Origin: Vicugna vicugna | Lineage: Eukaryota | DNA: 64,000 bases | Assembly: GCA_013265495.1 (NCBI GenBank) | Contig: MU057560.1 | Span: forward strand, 3,284,909-3,348,908 | Reading direction: 5' to 3' | Made by a program: the position numbers and the translations under genes | Notes under the pieces: generated by a model | Told to the model about the DNA's origin: nothing | The model's input: the letters and a program-made list of their open reading frames with translations, nothing else | Database searches by the model: none | Shown here: positions 14,001 through 27,770 of the stretch, piece after piece | Layout of the letters: the number at the start of each line of letters is the position of its first letter | Position numbering within the stretch: the first letter of the stretch is position 1

Positions 14001-16730
14001 AGCAGTGCGGAGGCACTGACCCAACGGCGGCAGCCCTGTGACCTGAGTGACCCTTCTCGAGGCCGCAGGCCCGGACATAACCAGGAATGTGTGCATCAGG
14101 GACTTGCCGCCGACTCAGAGCAGCTACGCCTCCAGCCCCTGGACCTGGAGAGAGCCTGGCACCCGCTTCCCGCCGCTGCCCCCGGGACCGCTGCTCCCCG
14201 ACGTCTAAGAGCTCCCGGCAGCTTCACCTGCTTCGTTCTGCACACACGGCCTGCCCAGCGTGCCTCCCGGTGTGTCTTCCCTGCTGGACGTGTGTCTGTG
14301 AGGAGGCGACGTCCATGTTGCTGAGTGCAGCTGGCCTGGTCGCGGTCCTGGCTGAGAGGTGTGAGTGTTCCCCGACCTGATATCCATTCACTGCTGAAGG
14401 GCACTCAGGCGGCTTCTTTGTCTGGTTTGGTTTGGTTTGATCGGTGTTTGCATTCGCTGGTCTGCAGACAGCTTCGTTAGGCTGCTTTCAGTGACTGTCA
14501 CATGCGGGGAAGTGTCAGTGTTCAGCTGGCGCAGACGTGGCCGTGTGCTTCTCGCAAGTAGCCCTACTGGTGGCCAGTCCCGCCAGCGAGTGTGGGAATT
14601 CTGGTTGTCCTAAATCCGCGCCTACCCAGAGTTTTCTGTCCTTTTCCTTTCGTTTTATCTCGTCCATTCTGGCAGACGTCCACTGTATTGTGTTTTCACT
14701 TTGTGATTTTTGATACTTGGATTGTGGATTCTGATTCTGCATGCTGGATCACGGGAGGAAATGAAAAGTCTTTTAAATTATATTACAAATCGAAGAAATA
14801 CAGCCTCCAAAGGGTGCTGTATGTCCTTCCTAAGACTGACAGACAAACACACAGTTGGGTTTGAGGTTTGCCTAGAACAGTCGACACGAGAGCGCTGCTG
14901 CACTCGCACCCAGCCAGCACAAGCGCCTACCGCACGCGCTCGGGCGCGGGGGTTTGTTGCCTGCACTGCGACCACATTTTGTCTCCTCTGCGTTGCCTCC
15001 TGGTTCATGACTCGGTGAGGACGCCAGCAGGGCCCTGGTGGTTATCCTTTCTGGAGTTTTAGGAAGTGGCCATCAGGTCACCTACTGTCCTGGGAAGAAA
15101 GTGCTTCACAGGGGGGCTGGACGTCAGTGTGGTCAGAACTGAGTCTCGACAACAGACTCAAAACCTCTTCTACTGTTCTGACTTGAACACGTTGGGCAGA
15201 GTCCTGTCTCAGATTCACTGAACTGGAGTTAGGGGGGCAGGGTTCCCCGGAATTATTTCTGCGACGGAACATCCCCTCCTCGCAGGCTCCTGGCGTGGCT
15301 GGCAGAAATCTCCCCACCAGGCACAGGCTGCCCCGTCCTTGCTCGTCATGACAGTAACTTCTTCTTTATCACTTGCATTATTTGCACGAGAAAGTCCAAG
15401 TCCAGCTTTGATTGTTATTTTCTACCTTTCTCTCAAGTCTCTCTTAATTCAAGTTCTGTACAGTCAGGGGATTTCTCTTTCCTAACCCATCCCGTTGTTC
15501 ACAGGCTTTGAAACTAGGGAGACACGAGGCTGCAACGACAAAGGACGGCAGAACCCCCCGCTCCCATCAGCGGATCGGCTGCGGCACCAAAGCAAACCGA
15601 GACTCCCGGCTCCCCGTCTCCTCTCTGGGCCGTTAGCCAGGCCTTCTTCGGTTAAATCATGAACGTACTTCACAGTCCAAAAGAAAGCATCACAATCATT
15701 AACCTGCATACAATACATAGTTCATATTCCAAGTGAAATGTCTAGGTTACGTGTGTGAACAGAAAGGTGCTTGCATTTCAACTTTGATTTTTCTCAAAAA
15801 AGAGAATTCTGAATTGCAAAATCATTTCTACTATGAATCATAGACATGTTTATTGCATGATAAATAACAGATCTGTATATGAATAAAGTTTCACCAGAAA
15901 AATACTGTAAAACTATTTTTGGCTTGAATTTTCACTTTGAATTTTAATAAGCAACACATCATTATCACTTTGAAATTTTATAGGATGGTTTTGAAAATGC
16001 CAGGTATTTCAAAGAAAGGTATTTTTAGACAAATGAAAAAAGTTCAACAGAAAATTTAGTATAAAAAGAGAATTATTATGATGTAGTTAAATAGAGAATA
16101 GTTATTATGTGTTGAAGTACATTTTAAAAGCCTTTTATTATATCAAACAAAGTAAAGTTCTGTTCGAATCGTTAGAAGCTGTTCTTTAAAGACGTTCTGG
16201 CTGCTAGTGTCATGGGAGCTTTTGAATGACTGTTGCGCCCAGAATTATTCCCACTGCTCTGCTTCCGCGCCAGGGGCCATTCTCCCACGGAGACAGATCT
16301 CCCCTTTCCCTCCCAGCCTCTCCCCGACACCCCTGGTCAGGCAGCCCAGCCCCTGGCTCCAGCTGACGCTCAGAGACGATTAGAGATTAGCTGGTGATCC
16401 CCCCCTAATGTTCGGGACATAAAGCACCAAGATGGGCTGACTTGTCCCAAATCGAGCGATGGGCACAGAGGACCGAGAACTGACTGAGACATTAGAGTCT
16501 GAGACTTCACGGCACTTCTTAGAGCCCAGCAGTGGGACAGGTCAAGCTGGCTGCGTGCAGATCAGCAAAGGAGGCGTCTCGGGACGCCACGTGGTACCAG
16601 CTTCTTAGGCTGGTCCTGTCTCCTGCTGGACCTCTGGGAGGGGAGCACTCCACTGGCTGTCAGAGCAGATGTGTACTGTAGCTCTTAATTAGCTATCTCT
16701 GCTACAAGGGTGGGAAAGCCTGCTTTCTCA

Positions 16731-16839
16731 CTAACCCTACCCTAACCCTACCCCAGCCCCAACCCCAGCCCCAATCCCAACCTTAACCCTAACCCTAACC
16801 CCAGCCCCAATCCTAGCCCTAACCCCAGCCCCAGCCCTC
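16731..16839 (-). repeat. Degenerate interstitial telomere-like hexamer array (CCCTAA/CCCAGC/CCCAAT), about 18 units
   Basis: Reads as TTAGGG/CTGGGG variants on the minus strand. Confidence 0.85.
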
Positions 16840-17302
16840 ACGTGGCACAGGACCTGCACATGCAGTGGGAACCACAGCAGTGCTGTCCGTCGGAGGGGAC
16901 TCCAGCCATTGCTTACTGATTAGTGTTTACATGGAGCTAGTGTTTCTTGCCCCCAGGGGTGTTGTGACTGGCATCTGAGCTCTCAGTGCTGCACGAGGGT
17001 ATCGGACGCTTTGGGGTTTACCTTGCAGGCAAGGCTCCAGGCGCCTGCAAGTGTGTCCTCCAGCCAAAGGCACCAGATCACCTGAATCAACATATGCGCC
17101 TGCCTCAGTGTAGCGCAGTTTCCATGTCTGCACACGCTGGCTTGATTCAGCGTTGCAGACGCTGTGACCATGAGTCACATCACATTGTTCATTTTCTTTT
17201 AACTGAGTGCAGGCAACGTTAATTACGAAGATGAATGGTTGAGTTCTGTCTTTGTAAACTACCTGTTCGTATGTGTTCCCATGTTTCCACTGGTTGACTT
17301 TT

Positions 17303-17675
17303 TCTCACTGCTGAATTTTGTCCCCCTGAAAATCACGTGCTGAAGCCCTGACCCCAGCACCTCAGAACGTCACTGTGTTTGGAGGCAGGGTTTGTAAAGA
17401 GTTAATTACGTTAATAAGGCTGTTAGTCATGTAGTCAGTACGCCGGGGGTCCTGTGAGAAGAGGAGACTGGACACAGATGACTGAGAGGGACACCAGCCT
17501 CCACGTGAGGACACAGGGTGGACGGCCGTCTACCCGCAGGGAGAGAAGCAGGAGGGACCAGCCCCGCGGACCCCCGGGCCTGGACCCCAGCCCCCAGGGC
17601 CGGGCGGGTTAAATCCCTGTGGGTTCACACGCTCCGCCTGTGGTGCTTGTGTGGGCGGGAGGCCGACTGGGGCAG
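17303..17675 (+). mobile_element. ERVL-MaLR LTR (MLT1-like)
   Basis: ctgaattttgtcccc...gctgaagccctgaccccagcacctcagaacgtcactgtgtttggaggcagg...agaagaggaga hallmarks. Confidence 0.85.
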
Positions 17676-18455
17676 CTCGCCAGCAGGTCTGTGCTCCCGA
17701 GCACGAGCGAAGAGACCTCGTGCGCATTTTCTTCTGCAAGTTCTGTTTCCTTTGGTGAAACCTTCTCTTTCATGAAGTTAGTTTGAAAATAGTTCCCTCT
17801 GTTCTGCAGTGACAACTCCATCCTGCTAGACACGTCTCAATTTCTATCTCTGTCCAGATTGCCTGGTCTTGCTTTCTTTTGTATCCATGATACATTGTGC
17901 AAATTGATGTGCTGTTTATAATTCTGGCTGCTTTGCTGGAATCTCCACCTGACTCTTGATTTTCACAATGTCCTGACTGTCCTTGACTCACTCTCCTTCC
18001 ATAGAAATATTAAATTCAGCTTAGAATATTCTTCCGGTATCTGTTTGGAATTTCGAAGAAAAATGCTTTGCATCAGTAGATTAATTCAGGGAGCCCTGGT
18101 GTGTGTGCTATGCCATCCCTTCTCATCCACACCTGTGGCACAGTTCCCCATGTATTCGTGTTTTTAAATGTTTTCCTCTGTGAAGACTTTGTACCTCTTA
18201 TATTAGTAGCACCTTTTGATAACTCAGATTTTTACTCCAGGACGAGTGGGATCTTTTTTCCCATAAACATTTTCATTATGACTGTTGAAAATGAATGCAA
18301 TGGCTTTAAAAATACTGGTCTTGTACATAATTAGTAAAGTTCAGAGAATCCGGAAACCATATTGTATTTTCTTCTTAATTAAAAAAATCTAGTTGTTAGC
18401 TATTCACACATATAGGAGATTATGGAAAATAACACAAAGGACCTCCAGGTAACAG

Positions 18456-18960
18456 TTTTTGTTGTAATAAGGAAACCTAACATGAAATTACCCTCTTAAC
18501 AAATTGTACACTGCAGGTTCAGTGCTGCCACCTGGACTGTGCTCTGTGCTGCACGGAAGATCCCCACGACCAGTCACCTTGCAGGACTGGAACCTCAGGC
18601 GCGTTGAGCAGCGACCACCATCACCCACCCCTGAGCCCTGGCACCCACCATTCCTCTCTCTGTTTCTGTGAGTGTGGCCTTTGCAGCACCTCATATAAGT
18701 GGAATCGTGCAGCATCCGTCCTTGCACGATGACCTACTTTCCTGGGCATGGTGTCCCCGGGCTCCCCCAGGGTGTCCCACCAGGCAGGACTGCCTTCATC
18801 TTGAGGGGAGGCTGTATCGCAGCACAGGTGCCCACACACCATCCGGATCCAGCACCCGTCCATCAGTGGGCGCTGGCGGTGTCTCCACGTCTTGGCCGCA
18901 GTGAACACAGAGGGTGGTTGGCGCTTCTGGGTCTTGACCTCAGTGCTCTTGGGTACGTTA
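18456..18960 (-). mobile_element. Ancient LINE-1 3' end (L1MA/MB-like)
   Basis: ccctcttaacaaatt...ccctggcacccaccattcctctctctgtttctgtgagt...cctcatataagtggaatc L1 3'UTR signature. Confidence 0.85.
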
Positions 18961-21310
18961 ACAGGTCAGACTCCACATCAGATCATGTTGTGAATAGCTA
19001 CTCGTGTGGTGTTTGTTGCAAACTTCTTTCTGGTTTAAAACTTCTCTTTAAAAATGGTTATAATGATGATGACCAAAATTAGTACAGTTTGAGGTGCTCT
19101 GATCTAATAACATTTGCTTCTTCAGTGTTGATTTTGCTTTCTTCCACATCACTTCTGCTTTTGTTTATTTTTTCGACCTATGATTTCTGCGATTCCATTA
19201 TTATCTTTTTAAGCCGGCTTTCTGTTGCCGTTAACTTGATTGTGTCATTATTTTTATTTAATATTATGACAGTAAAAAAGTTGGCTAAAATTAATTACTA
19301 CCTTTACAGTAAACATCTCAGAGTTAGTGAAAAAACAAGATGTCACTCCCTGAAAATTGGTCACGATGAGATGATTCTTAGGATGGGTTCCTGAGCCTGA
19401 CTCACACTGACGAGGGCGGTGGTCAGCACCCTGGGAATGGGTCTCGCAGGGACAGGTGATCTTCACGAGCTGCGGGCTGAGGATGAGGGAGGCGCTCTAC
19501 TCCAAGGACACTGAACGGCACGTGATTCCAGGGAGTCAGGAAGGAGGGAGAGAAGTCGCTCTCATCTCTGACTGCGGAGGGAGAAGGCGGCCGGGGACCC
19601 AGACAACCCCGGGGAAGCGGGTCTGCAGCGGGAGCGCCTCTCGGCAGGTGCAGGGTGAGGCGGGGGCTGGCCCGGCCTCTGTGTGGGGGCGCGGGTCCCC
19701 TGGGAGGACCAGGTGCTGAAAGGTGCCCAGAGCTACGGGTGTGAACGTGCTTGTGTTGCGACGTATTTTTCCGTGAAAGATCCACATGCGTGTGTTACTC
19801 AGCTGATTAGAATGTAAGAACCACGTTGTCAAAACAGAAAACCAGTTCTAAAAAACACGGGGTGAAGATGGCTGTTAAAATCAGAGCAGTATTTCCCTGC
19901 GGTTTCCTGCAGGACAGGGAGGGCTCACGGTTGCTTTCCTCTCTAAGTATCTGTTGGACATTCAAGTTCATCCACAGAAGCCTTCTCATAAAGTAGATCT
20001 TCTTGTAATAAGTTGAAACACAAACATTAAAATAACATTTCAATCCATAATCAGTAAAGACACTGAGAGCTGATTTCCTGCGAACAATCGTCTCCACTTC
20101 CAGGCTGTAAATGAGAGGCCAACGCTCTTCACAGATTAATCCCCAAGAAAGGAAGGCGACATTGTGAGCAGAGACTTCAGACCTGCTCTTGTCGCCTTAA
20201 TGTTACCATTTCCACTCACCTCTGAAAAGGTCCTCTGTCAGGTGTGATCACTGAGGAGACGGAAGCCAGCTTCACTGTATTCTGTGGGAAGCTTCTGGCC
20301 TGTGGGAGCGAGCAAGTGCCCAGAGGCAGCGTTTCTGAGCTCCTGGCAAGAGGAGGGCCTCATCTCAAGCTGTGAAGTTTCTCACGTGTCTTCTCACGTT
20401 TTTCTTGCCCTGCAGACGGTGGAGCTGTTCTCTGAACAGAACCGATTACCATATAAAGGGCAAGTTTCCCATTTAAAGGACTTGATGCGTTTCAGTCTTC
20501 AAGTCCTCTGCAAGTGACCTTGGTTTCAGGACGTGTGTGCAGTGATGTCCTCTGCTCTGGAGATAAAGGGAGGCTTTGCTGAGAGCAGAGGGGGCCCTCG
20601 ATGCAGCCCCACCGCAGACTCCCGAGTGATCTCCGTAAGGGGCACAAGGGCTGTGTGTGGGAGGAAGCCCCACCGGTTCCACTGCACTGAGCTCCCAAAC
20701 GCCTAGTAATTTCCTGAATAATCTCATTGCCCTTTCCTCAGTTTTCAATTTCTGCTTCAATTTTCCTGCTTCAAAACTCACACCTTTCCCTTTCCTCGCA
20801 AGGGGAGAACCAGCCTTGATGGCTTTCGTGGTGCCCAGACTGAAGCACCGTGGGGTTCAGGCCCCTGTGTCTGCGGTTTGGCATCTGCCATTGGGATGTC
20901 CTTGGCCACTGGCCGTTCCTCCTTCAGGTGGGGGTCCGATGGCCAGCAGGGGGTTCAACCGCAGCCGAGAGCCCATGTCTGTGAAGGAAGCTGGCCCCAC
21001 AGGTCGATTTCCAACATGGAATCCGACCCCAGAAAAACAGAGCAGGTGTGAATCAGCCCACTTTCCAGGCCCCCCTCCAAGGGCTGCACCGTCTGACGGC
21101 ATTTCAAGGATGATCCAAGGACGCCTCCTTGCTGAACCGCACACACGGCCGTCCTGGATCTGGATCTGCGGGCGGGCGACACAGGTGTAAATGGATCTAA
21201 CGATCAGCGGTGGGCCAGCGGTGAGAAGTGCACTGGCTTGATTACATAATCCCTGGGTGTCACTGAAAGGCATGAGTGCTGGCAGAGTGTCTTTCTTTCT
21301 TCTTCTATTT

Positions 21311-21417
21311 TGTTGGGCAGTAATTAGATTTACTCTTTCAATGGAGGTGCTGGGGACTGAATCCAGGACCTCGTGCAGCTGAGCACACACTCCATCCCTG
21401 AGCGACAGCCTCCCTCC
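21311..21417 (-). mobile_element. tRNA-derived SINE (camelid vic-1-like), degenerate
   Basis: gtaattagatt...aatggaggtgctggggactgaatccaggacctcgtgc...ctgagc; the reverse complement gives a tRNA-like head with A/B boxes. Confidence 0.75.
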
Positions 21418-23220
21418 TAGACTTTCAGCCGAAGGCGAACAGCCTTCCTCGTGAGTCTGGTTTGCTGGATGATCCGCGTGATGGCAGGACTCAGACAGGG
21501 GGGGCAGGCTCCACGCACGGTCACCCTTAGCAGCTCCCATCACACAAGCAGAATTTTAGAGTCTCCCAAGTTTTTATTCATTTATTTCCTAGTGCCCTCC
21601 TCCTTCACACAGAAAGATTTCTGAAATCCCTGGGGCTCTCTTGACAGGGCATAAATGCACTTCCTCTCTCAAAGTAAAAGGGAAACAATAAAGAAGAAGA
21701 AAGTACAGAGGAATGAAAGAAGCGTGGCCACTCAGACAAAATGGAAATTATGCAGCAACACTTCTCTCTTCTCCAGCGGAAATGTGCGCCACCCCGAGGA
21801 AGCAGCCGCAGTGAGAGTGGACGGAGCTGCGGGGTCATCGACACCCCACCCCGGTCAAGACAAGGCCCAGGTAACCCTCGGCTTATCTTTCTGTGGAAAA
21901 GCTCGGTTCTGCTGGGAGGCCCGGGCCGGGGTCAGGCAGCCAGAGCCGTGTCCTCTCAGGCCCCGCACCCTCCGTGGCCCCGGGGGCTGGACACCGTGAA
22001 GAAGGCCTGGGATTCTGTCTCAGAGTCTCAGTCGGACCTCAAAGAGGAAGATTTTTTGAGCCCATAATGTGGGTCTATCACATAACCCGTCACTTTTCTT
22101 AAGGAAGTGCGGACGTGGGTGCAGCTGGGTCCTTGCTCTCAGACCTCGGTCTGCAGTGCTGACTTGGGACGGTCTGGGGACCCCGTGGGCTGGATGCGCA
22201 ATGCGATTCCCGAGTCATCGCGCGGCCCGGGCCCCACGGCGGGACCAGCTCCCGCAGCGGCTCAGGGAGGGGCTGGGGGTCGGGCTGTGTGGCTGGCGGA
22301 CCCCGAGCACAGGGGCTGGCCAGGGGACGCCCGCCTGGGGAGCAGGGCAAGGGGGACAGCCATTACTAGGGACCTGGACAGCGGGCCTGCCCGTGGCTTT
22401 GAGTCTCTGTCACCGCGTCACCGCAGGCGGTGGGAGACCAGGGAGGTGTGCGTGGTGACACAGCCCGGGCCCCAGGGAGGGACAGAGTGGTGTCGAACGT
22501 GGGCCAGGCGGCCGTAACCCCGCGCGGTGGTGAGGACAGAGATGCCCCACGGTCTGACCCGGATCCGGTCCTGTTGAAGTCACGAGTGTCTCCACCATCG
22601 GGCGGGAGGAAGACCCCTTAGATGAAACTCAAACAGCTAAACTTTCATCCACCACAGAGAGTCTCATGAGGCTGCAAGAGCAATGGGAAACCAGCACGCT
22701 CACTCCCTCCAGCCGTGGGTGCTGATGAGCGTGGCTGGGTTTGCGACTATAAATGATTAGCACTGGCCCAGTGGTACAGAGCAGCTAATTTTCAAGATAC
22801 TGTCAGTAAACACTGTAAAACTGTATTAAGTGTTCATATAATCATTGTGTACTTAATCCGTAAAGCAATTATGATTAAATGAAAGTGCCTTGTCTTATAA
22901 ATCAGCACGTAAGACAGAACTGTGAAAGATGGGACGTTGTCGCTGGACGTCTGCGCCGCCCGGGCGAGAGCAGAGCTGCGTCTGGGCTGCAGAGGCTGCA
23001 CGACCTTTCTCATTTGGTTGCCGGTCTAGAAATAGGTGGCCTAGGGTTCAGTAGCAATGCTAAATTCACAGATGAAGTCCAATCCTCCGGGATAGTTTGT
23101 ACAATATTAGCAAATATTTCTTCTTTAAACTTGGAATTACTTATCAAGAAAGCCACCTGAGCTAGGAGACTTTTTGTCTGTGTATTGCAATTACATTAAA
23201 TTTGTTTAGCAGATATTGTA

Positions 23221-23520
23221 CTACACAAAATTTTGGTTCCTTTTTGTTCCAATTTCTATTAAGTTCTGCTTTTTAATGGATTTACCCATTTCATCTACAT
23301 TTTTAAATTTATTGCCAGAGAATTTTCCATAAGATCTCCCTTTTATCTTTTTAATGTCTGTAGAATCTGTAGTGATGTCACCACTCTCATTGTTTTTATT
23401 ATTAATTTGTGTTTTTTCTATTATCTTTTTAAAAATAATCTTGCTGAGGTTTAATTCATCTGGCTTAAAGTGGCTGAATTTGTTTTGTTTTGTTACTTTT
23501 GATGTTAAAGACATTTTTCT
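23221..23520 (-). mobile_element. LINE-1 ORF2 fragment
   Basis: Minus-strand translation NESGDITTDSTDIKKI...NKFKNVDEMGK resembles L1 ORF2 NERGDITTD.TEIK.I...ANKF.NLDEMDKF. Confidence 0.85.
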
Positions 23521-24959
23521 TCTCAAACAATTTAGGGTCATTATATAAAAACAACATAGCAAATGAATTCGTAATAAAACTACAATATTTAGTTAATAAT
23601 TAACACTTCTAAAGTAAAAATAATTCTTCCAGAATTATTAATGAGATATACTCTGCTAAATGCTCTGAAAGTACACTGGGATCTTAGAAACCAAATACAT
23701 TAAGGCTAGTTATGTATTTGGTAAATACTGGGATCAATCTCTTTATAATGGAAACTCCATAAATATTTTACCATCAAAAACCTGCATAGACTAAGGTTCC
23801 TTTTTATTCTGTCAGACTTGCTCCCAGATGCAGAAGAGCAGGCTCCGCGGGGCAGCCTGGAGCACTCGGGCACGGCTTGCTTCGCACAGAGTAGAAGCTG
23901 CATGAAGTATCGTCAGATGTCCTGACTGTGTCTTGTCATGAGAGCGTGCTCCGCGTTTTTAAGTCCAAATTCTCACCGTTTACATCAATTTTCTGCACTA
24001 AAAATTCACGGAATTGCATTAACCTTTATTTTTCCTCTGTGTTTTTCTCATCGAAATTGGATCCTTACCAGCAACCGACAGGCCTGTGTCAACTTTCTTA
24101 CTCAGATTTCAGTTTTTGATAAAAACGAACCTAAGAGCTTGTCTGCGATGCTGACCGCTAACAAGGAATTTCAGCCAGCGACACGCAGCCGTCGTGATTT
24201 CACAGGTTGCAACTGTTGACTGGGGTTCATTCTCATGTTGGTCACTCAGAGCGGCCTGTTTGTGTGGGATGTACTTGCTAGTTTTTGGTTTTGGTTAGCC
24301 TGGGTTTTTGTTTTTTTATATAACAGTGATTTTAGAAAAGAAGCTTTCTGTTTAGACAAAAACAGCGATTCGTGTCCCTCAAGCCACCCTGCCCCTCTTG
24401 GCGTCTGTGACAAGCGAAGTGTGTTCACGGAGGGGAAGGGCGCGGGGCTGGCTGCCCACCCTGTGCACCTGCGGGAGCTGCGTCTCGTGCAGAAGCCGTT
24501 CCTGAGAGGAGGCTCCGGCTGCAGAGGAGCGGCCACGGGAGAGAGGGGCGGGCGTGCGGGCGGGCGGGCGGCAGATGCAGACCCGTGTGCCTGTCTACAG
24601 GCTTCAGGGTCTCTTTTCCTTTGTAATATTTTATCAGCAAAGCAATGAGGAAAAGCCTGTCCAGGCTGACAGGGCGTGCTTTCAGGAGGCTCCCTGCCCC
24701 CAGACAGGGACAAGCGTCCCCTGTGAGCCCGGAGTGCCCCAGGCCCGCCTGCGCTGCGCTGTGACCGTGTGCGCGTGCTCCCGGTGGCGGCTGTTGGGCC
24801 TGATTCACCTTCACCACCGCACCGGGCGAGTCAGAGGCGAACACAGACCAGCAGGCACTTGGGCAAACGTGTGGATGAATGGAGAATGAATATGCGCGAG
24901 GTTCATCTGCGGTGCGAGCGCCTCCTCCAGCACCGCTGGGGCGTTTATTATACTTTTAA

Positions 24960-25345
24960 ATGTCTGCCAGTGACACTTGAGAAACTGTATCTCAGTATCG
25001 TTTTAATTTGCATTTTCTAATTGTTCATGTTTTAGCATTTTTAGTATGTTTAAGGACAATTCTATGTTTTTTGTGAATGTTTTTACGTCTTTTAATTGCG
25101 TTCTTCTTGGGTTTTGGTCTCAACTTTAAGGGTTCTTCATAATTTGGAATTACTAGCCATTTTCCACAGCATCTATTGCAAATTTTTTGCCAGTTTTTCA
25201 GTTCTTCTGACTTTGTTCCTAGTCTTTTATTGTCAAGATTTATTTCAAAAATTTGTAGTTAAATTTTCCAAGATTTTTTGGGAAATCTTGTGTCAAAATG
25301 CTTGCTTACTATCGTTATTTACCAGATTTTTGTGCTTTTGTATAA
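24960..25345 (-). mobile_element. Ancient LINE-1 ORF2 3' fragment
   Basis: gtatctcagtatcgttttaatttgcattttctaatt is the typical antisense L1 ORF2 C-terminal motif; T-rich. Confidence 0.7.
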
Positions 25346-25422
25346 ACAAAAATAAATCAGTTGTTAAAAATTATCCCAGAGCTTAATTATCCCAGGGCTC
25401 TCTGCCCCCCCTCTGCCCCCAC

Positions 25423-25474
25423 NNNNNNNNNNNNNNNNNNNNNNNNNNNNNNNNNNNNNNNNNNNNNNNNNNNN
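25423..25474. other. Assembly gap (52 N) in C-rich sequence
   Basis: N run. Confidence 1.
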
Positions 25475-26549
25475 CCCACCCCCCGCCCGTGTCTGGCACG
25501 CTCTCAGCCTGGACTGCACCTCCTTGTAAGGACGCCGGCCAGCATGGCCCTCAGTGTTGCTGGTTCTCTCCTTAGTCTTCCTTTGAACTGACCTGAATGA
25601 ATCTTCTAATTCAACTTAGAAATGGAGTCGGCCTCGGTGGAGGCTCCAGGATGTTCCCTGTGAGCAGGGGCAGTGGGGACTCTGAGTAAGACTCCTTGAC
25701 ATGCCGAGTCCCACATGGGCGCCTGTCTCACCAGCATCGACCGTCGTGACTAAGTGTCAACAGCCGCCTGGCCAGGATGCTCCTGTTTGAAGCTTCTCAC
25801 TTGCAACTCCGGAGGCCAGTGTGTTAATTTCCGAGTCTCCAGGCCTGACACCGTCACACACACACACACGGGGACCCGAATGTCAGCGGCGCAGACCCAA
25901 CTGTGGCAGGAGACCCGCTCAGGGAGGGAATGGACCGTCCCCGACCCCACGCCGGTCACACCCCACACCCAAGGCGGCTCTGCTGACCCAGGAGGATTTT
26001 GATCATGTTCCTGTCTTCCTGCCACAGAAGAAAGTGAAGGCAGGTCACCCACATCAAGTCACAGGCTGCAGCTCCTCTCTGTCCTCAGGTGGAGATGCCA
26101 ATGTGTGGCTTTCCAGCCCCGGGAGCCGCCTGCAGTGCATCTGAAGTATGGGAGGCACGTGGCATGTGTGCCCCCCGCCAGGCTGGGCCCTGCTCTCAGG
26201 AACCTTCCTTACAGCGTGGTGTCTCAGCCACCCAGCAACTATGAGGCCTGGGTTAAGGTCCCCTCCTTTTAAGGTTCCCAGGTCATCCTGGCCACCGGCC
26301 AGGTGCTCTGAGCTCTGACAGCCCAGCTGCAGTGGGAAGACAGGTCGGGGCAAAGAGAGAGAGATGGGGAAGAGGGTGGACAGCCCTGGATGGCGGAGTC
26401 CAGGGGGCATCTCTGCACCTGTCACCCCGCTCACCTGACTGGACTCCACGAGGAGCAGGCCCTGTGCCCTGCGACTGTCTTGCGATGTGGGGAGCGAACC
26501 AATGGGCAGGTACACAGGGACCTTGTCCAGTGCGTATAATACCCACCCC

Positions 26550-26700
26550 CGACCAGCTGGGCAATTTGAGGGACTCAGTGCAAAATAAAATGCAGGGCCT
26601 CTTGTCCAAAAATAATTTAAACGTGGAAGACAGAGACAGCACCAAAACCAAGTTCAACAACTAACACAAGAGTGGGGCCCTTCCAAGCGTAGCGACCTCG
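26550..26700 (-). mobile_element. hAT-family MITE (MER53-like)
   Basis: cagtgcaaaataaaatgcagggcctcttgtccaaaaataatt...gacagc...aaaccaag...ggggcccttccaagcg matches the recalled MER53 consensus. Confidence 0.65.
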
Positions 26701-27479
26701 ATGGACAAGAATTAGGGATATCGGCAACATCTCATAAACGCGTACGTGGGAAACCATTAAACATGGGACATTGAGTCTTGACAAATTGTGAGCTTCTTGG
26801 CAAAAGTCAGTGTCCCTGCCGGCGTGCGTGAGAGGGCAGGTCTGACTGCAAAGGGAGGAGGTGGGAGTTACTGTTTTCCCGACTGCTCGTGGGCAGAGGA
26901 GGCCCAGCAGCTGCCCGGGCTACACTCGGTGTGAGGACGCTCTTGCCCCTGCAAGCTCCGTCTCCAGGGCCCCTTCCTCCAGGTGAAGACCTTCAGGGAA
27001 CAGAGTGAGATCATCTTCACACCACATGACTCCTGTGACCAAAGTCTTCAGCACGACTTCTGTAGAGCAGCTGGGCAGACAGCCCTGAGGCTAATTACCA
27101 AACCTCCAGGAAGATGACCCTTTCTTTGGACTGAAATTTCACCCGGAGACCTGGGCTTCTAATAATGCAAGTCAAACTCCGGAGCTACACGCCTGGGTCG
27201 GCTGTCGGTCTGTCAGAAGAACACGGAGATGTGTTTTGCAGAATGTGAAGTTATGAAGTGAATTTAAGCGAATCAGCGTGTTTATGAGAGTGATTTTTTA
27301 ATGGAAGCGTTGACCTTATGCAGCCAGATCGTTACTTCTCATGAAGCCTTTTGAAATAAACGCCTCGTATAAATCAGCATCCAGCTCAATAAAGACTCAA
27401 TAAGTGATTATTGAACTAACGTCGACTGTGCTAGTCACTTCATACATGCCTGGGTTTTTAATCTTGCAGTTTCACACAT

Positions 27480-27770
27480 ACACTTGAACACGCAGAGGTG
27501 TGTGTATTCAATGCATACATGTGTGTACATATATGTTACAGACACGCATTATATTAAAAGGTGCGTGTATATAAATGTATGCACACATACAAGGGTATGT
27601 ATATGTGAGTGTGCGTGTGTGTGTGTGCAAGCATATGTACATGTGAGTATGTGTAAGAACCTCCAGGCATGCGTCCACGCACTACACATGGTGTGTGCAT
27701 GTGTGTGTCGTGTGTGTCTTGTGTACATAACGTGTATAATACAGTCCCCGATATATGTAATTATCTTTAT
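27480..27770. repeat. TG/TA-rich low-complexity repeat
   Basis: Degenerate gtgt/atat alternation. Confidence 0.8.

Noticed and set aside
21343-21417. tRNA gene
   Set aside because: The tRNA-like head is degenerate and attached to a SINE body and tail; the same applies to 32702-32770.
20857-21543. 228-aa minus-strand ORF
   Set aside because: No recognisable domain, and it runs through a SINE.
25368-25400. Direct duplication aattatcccag(a/g)gct x2
   Set aside because: Adjacent to an N-gap, so it may be an assembly artefact; too short to interpret.
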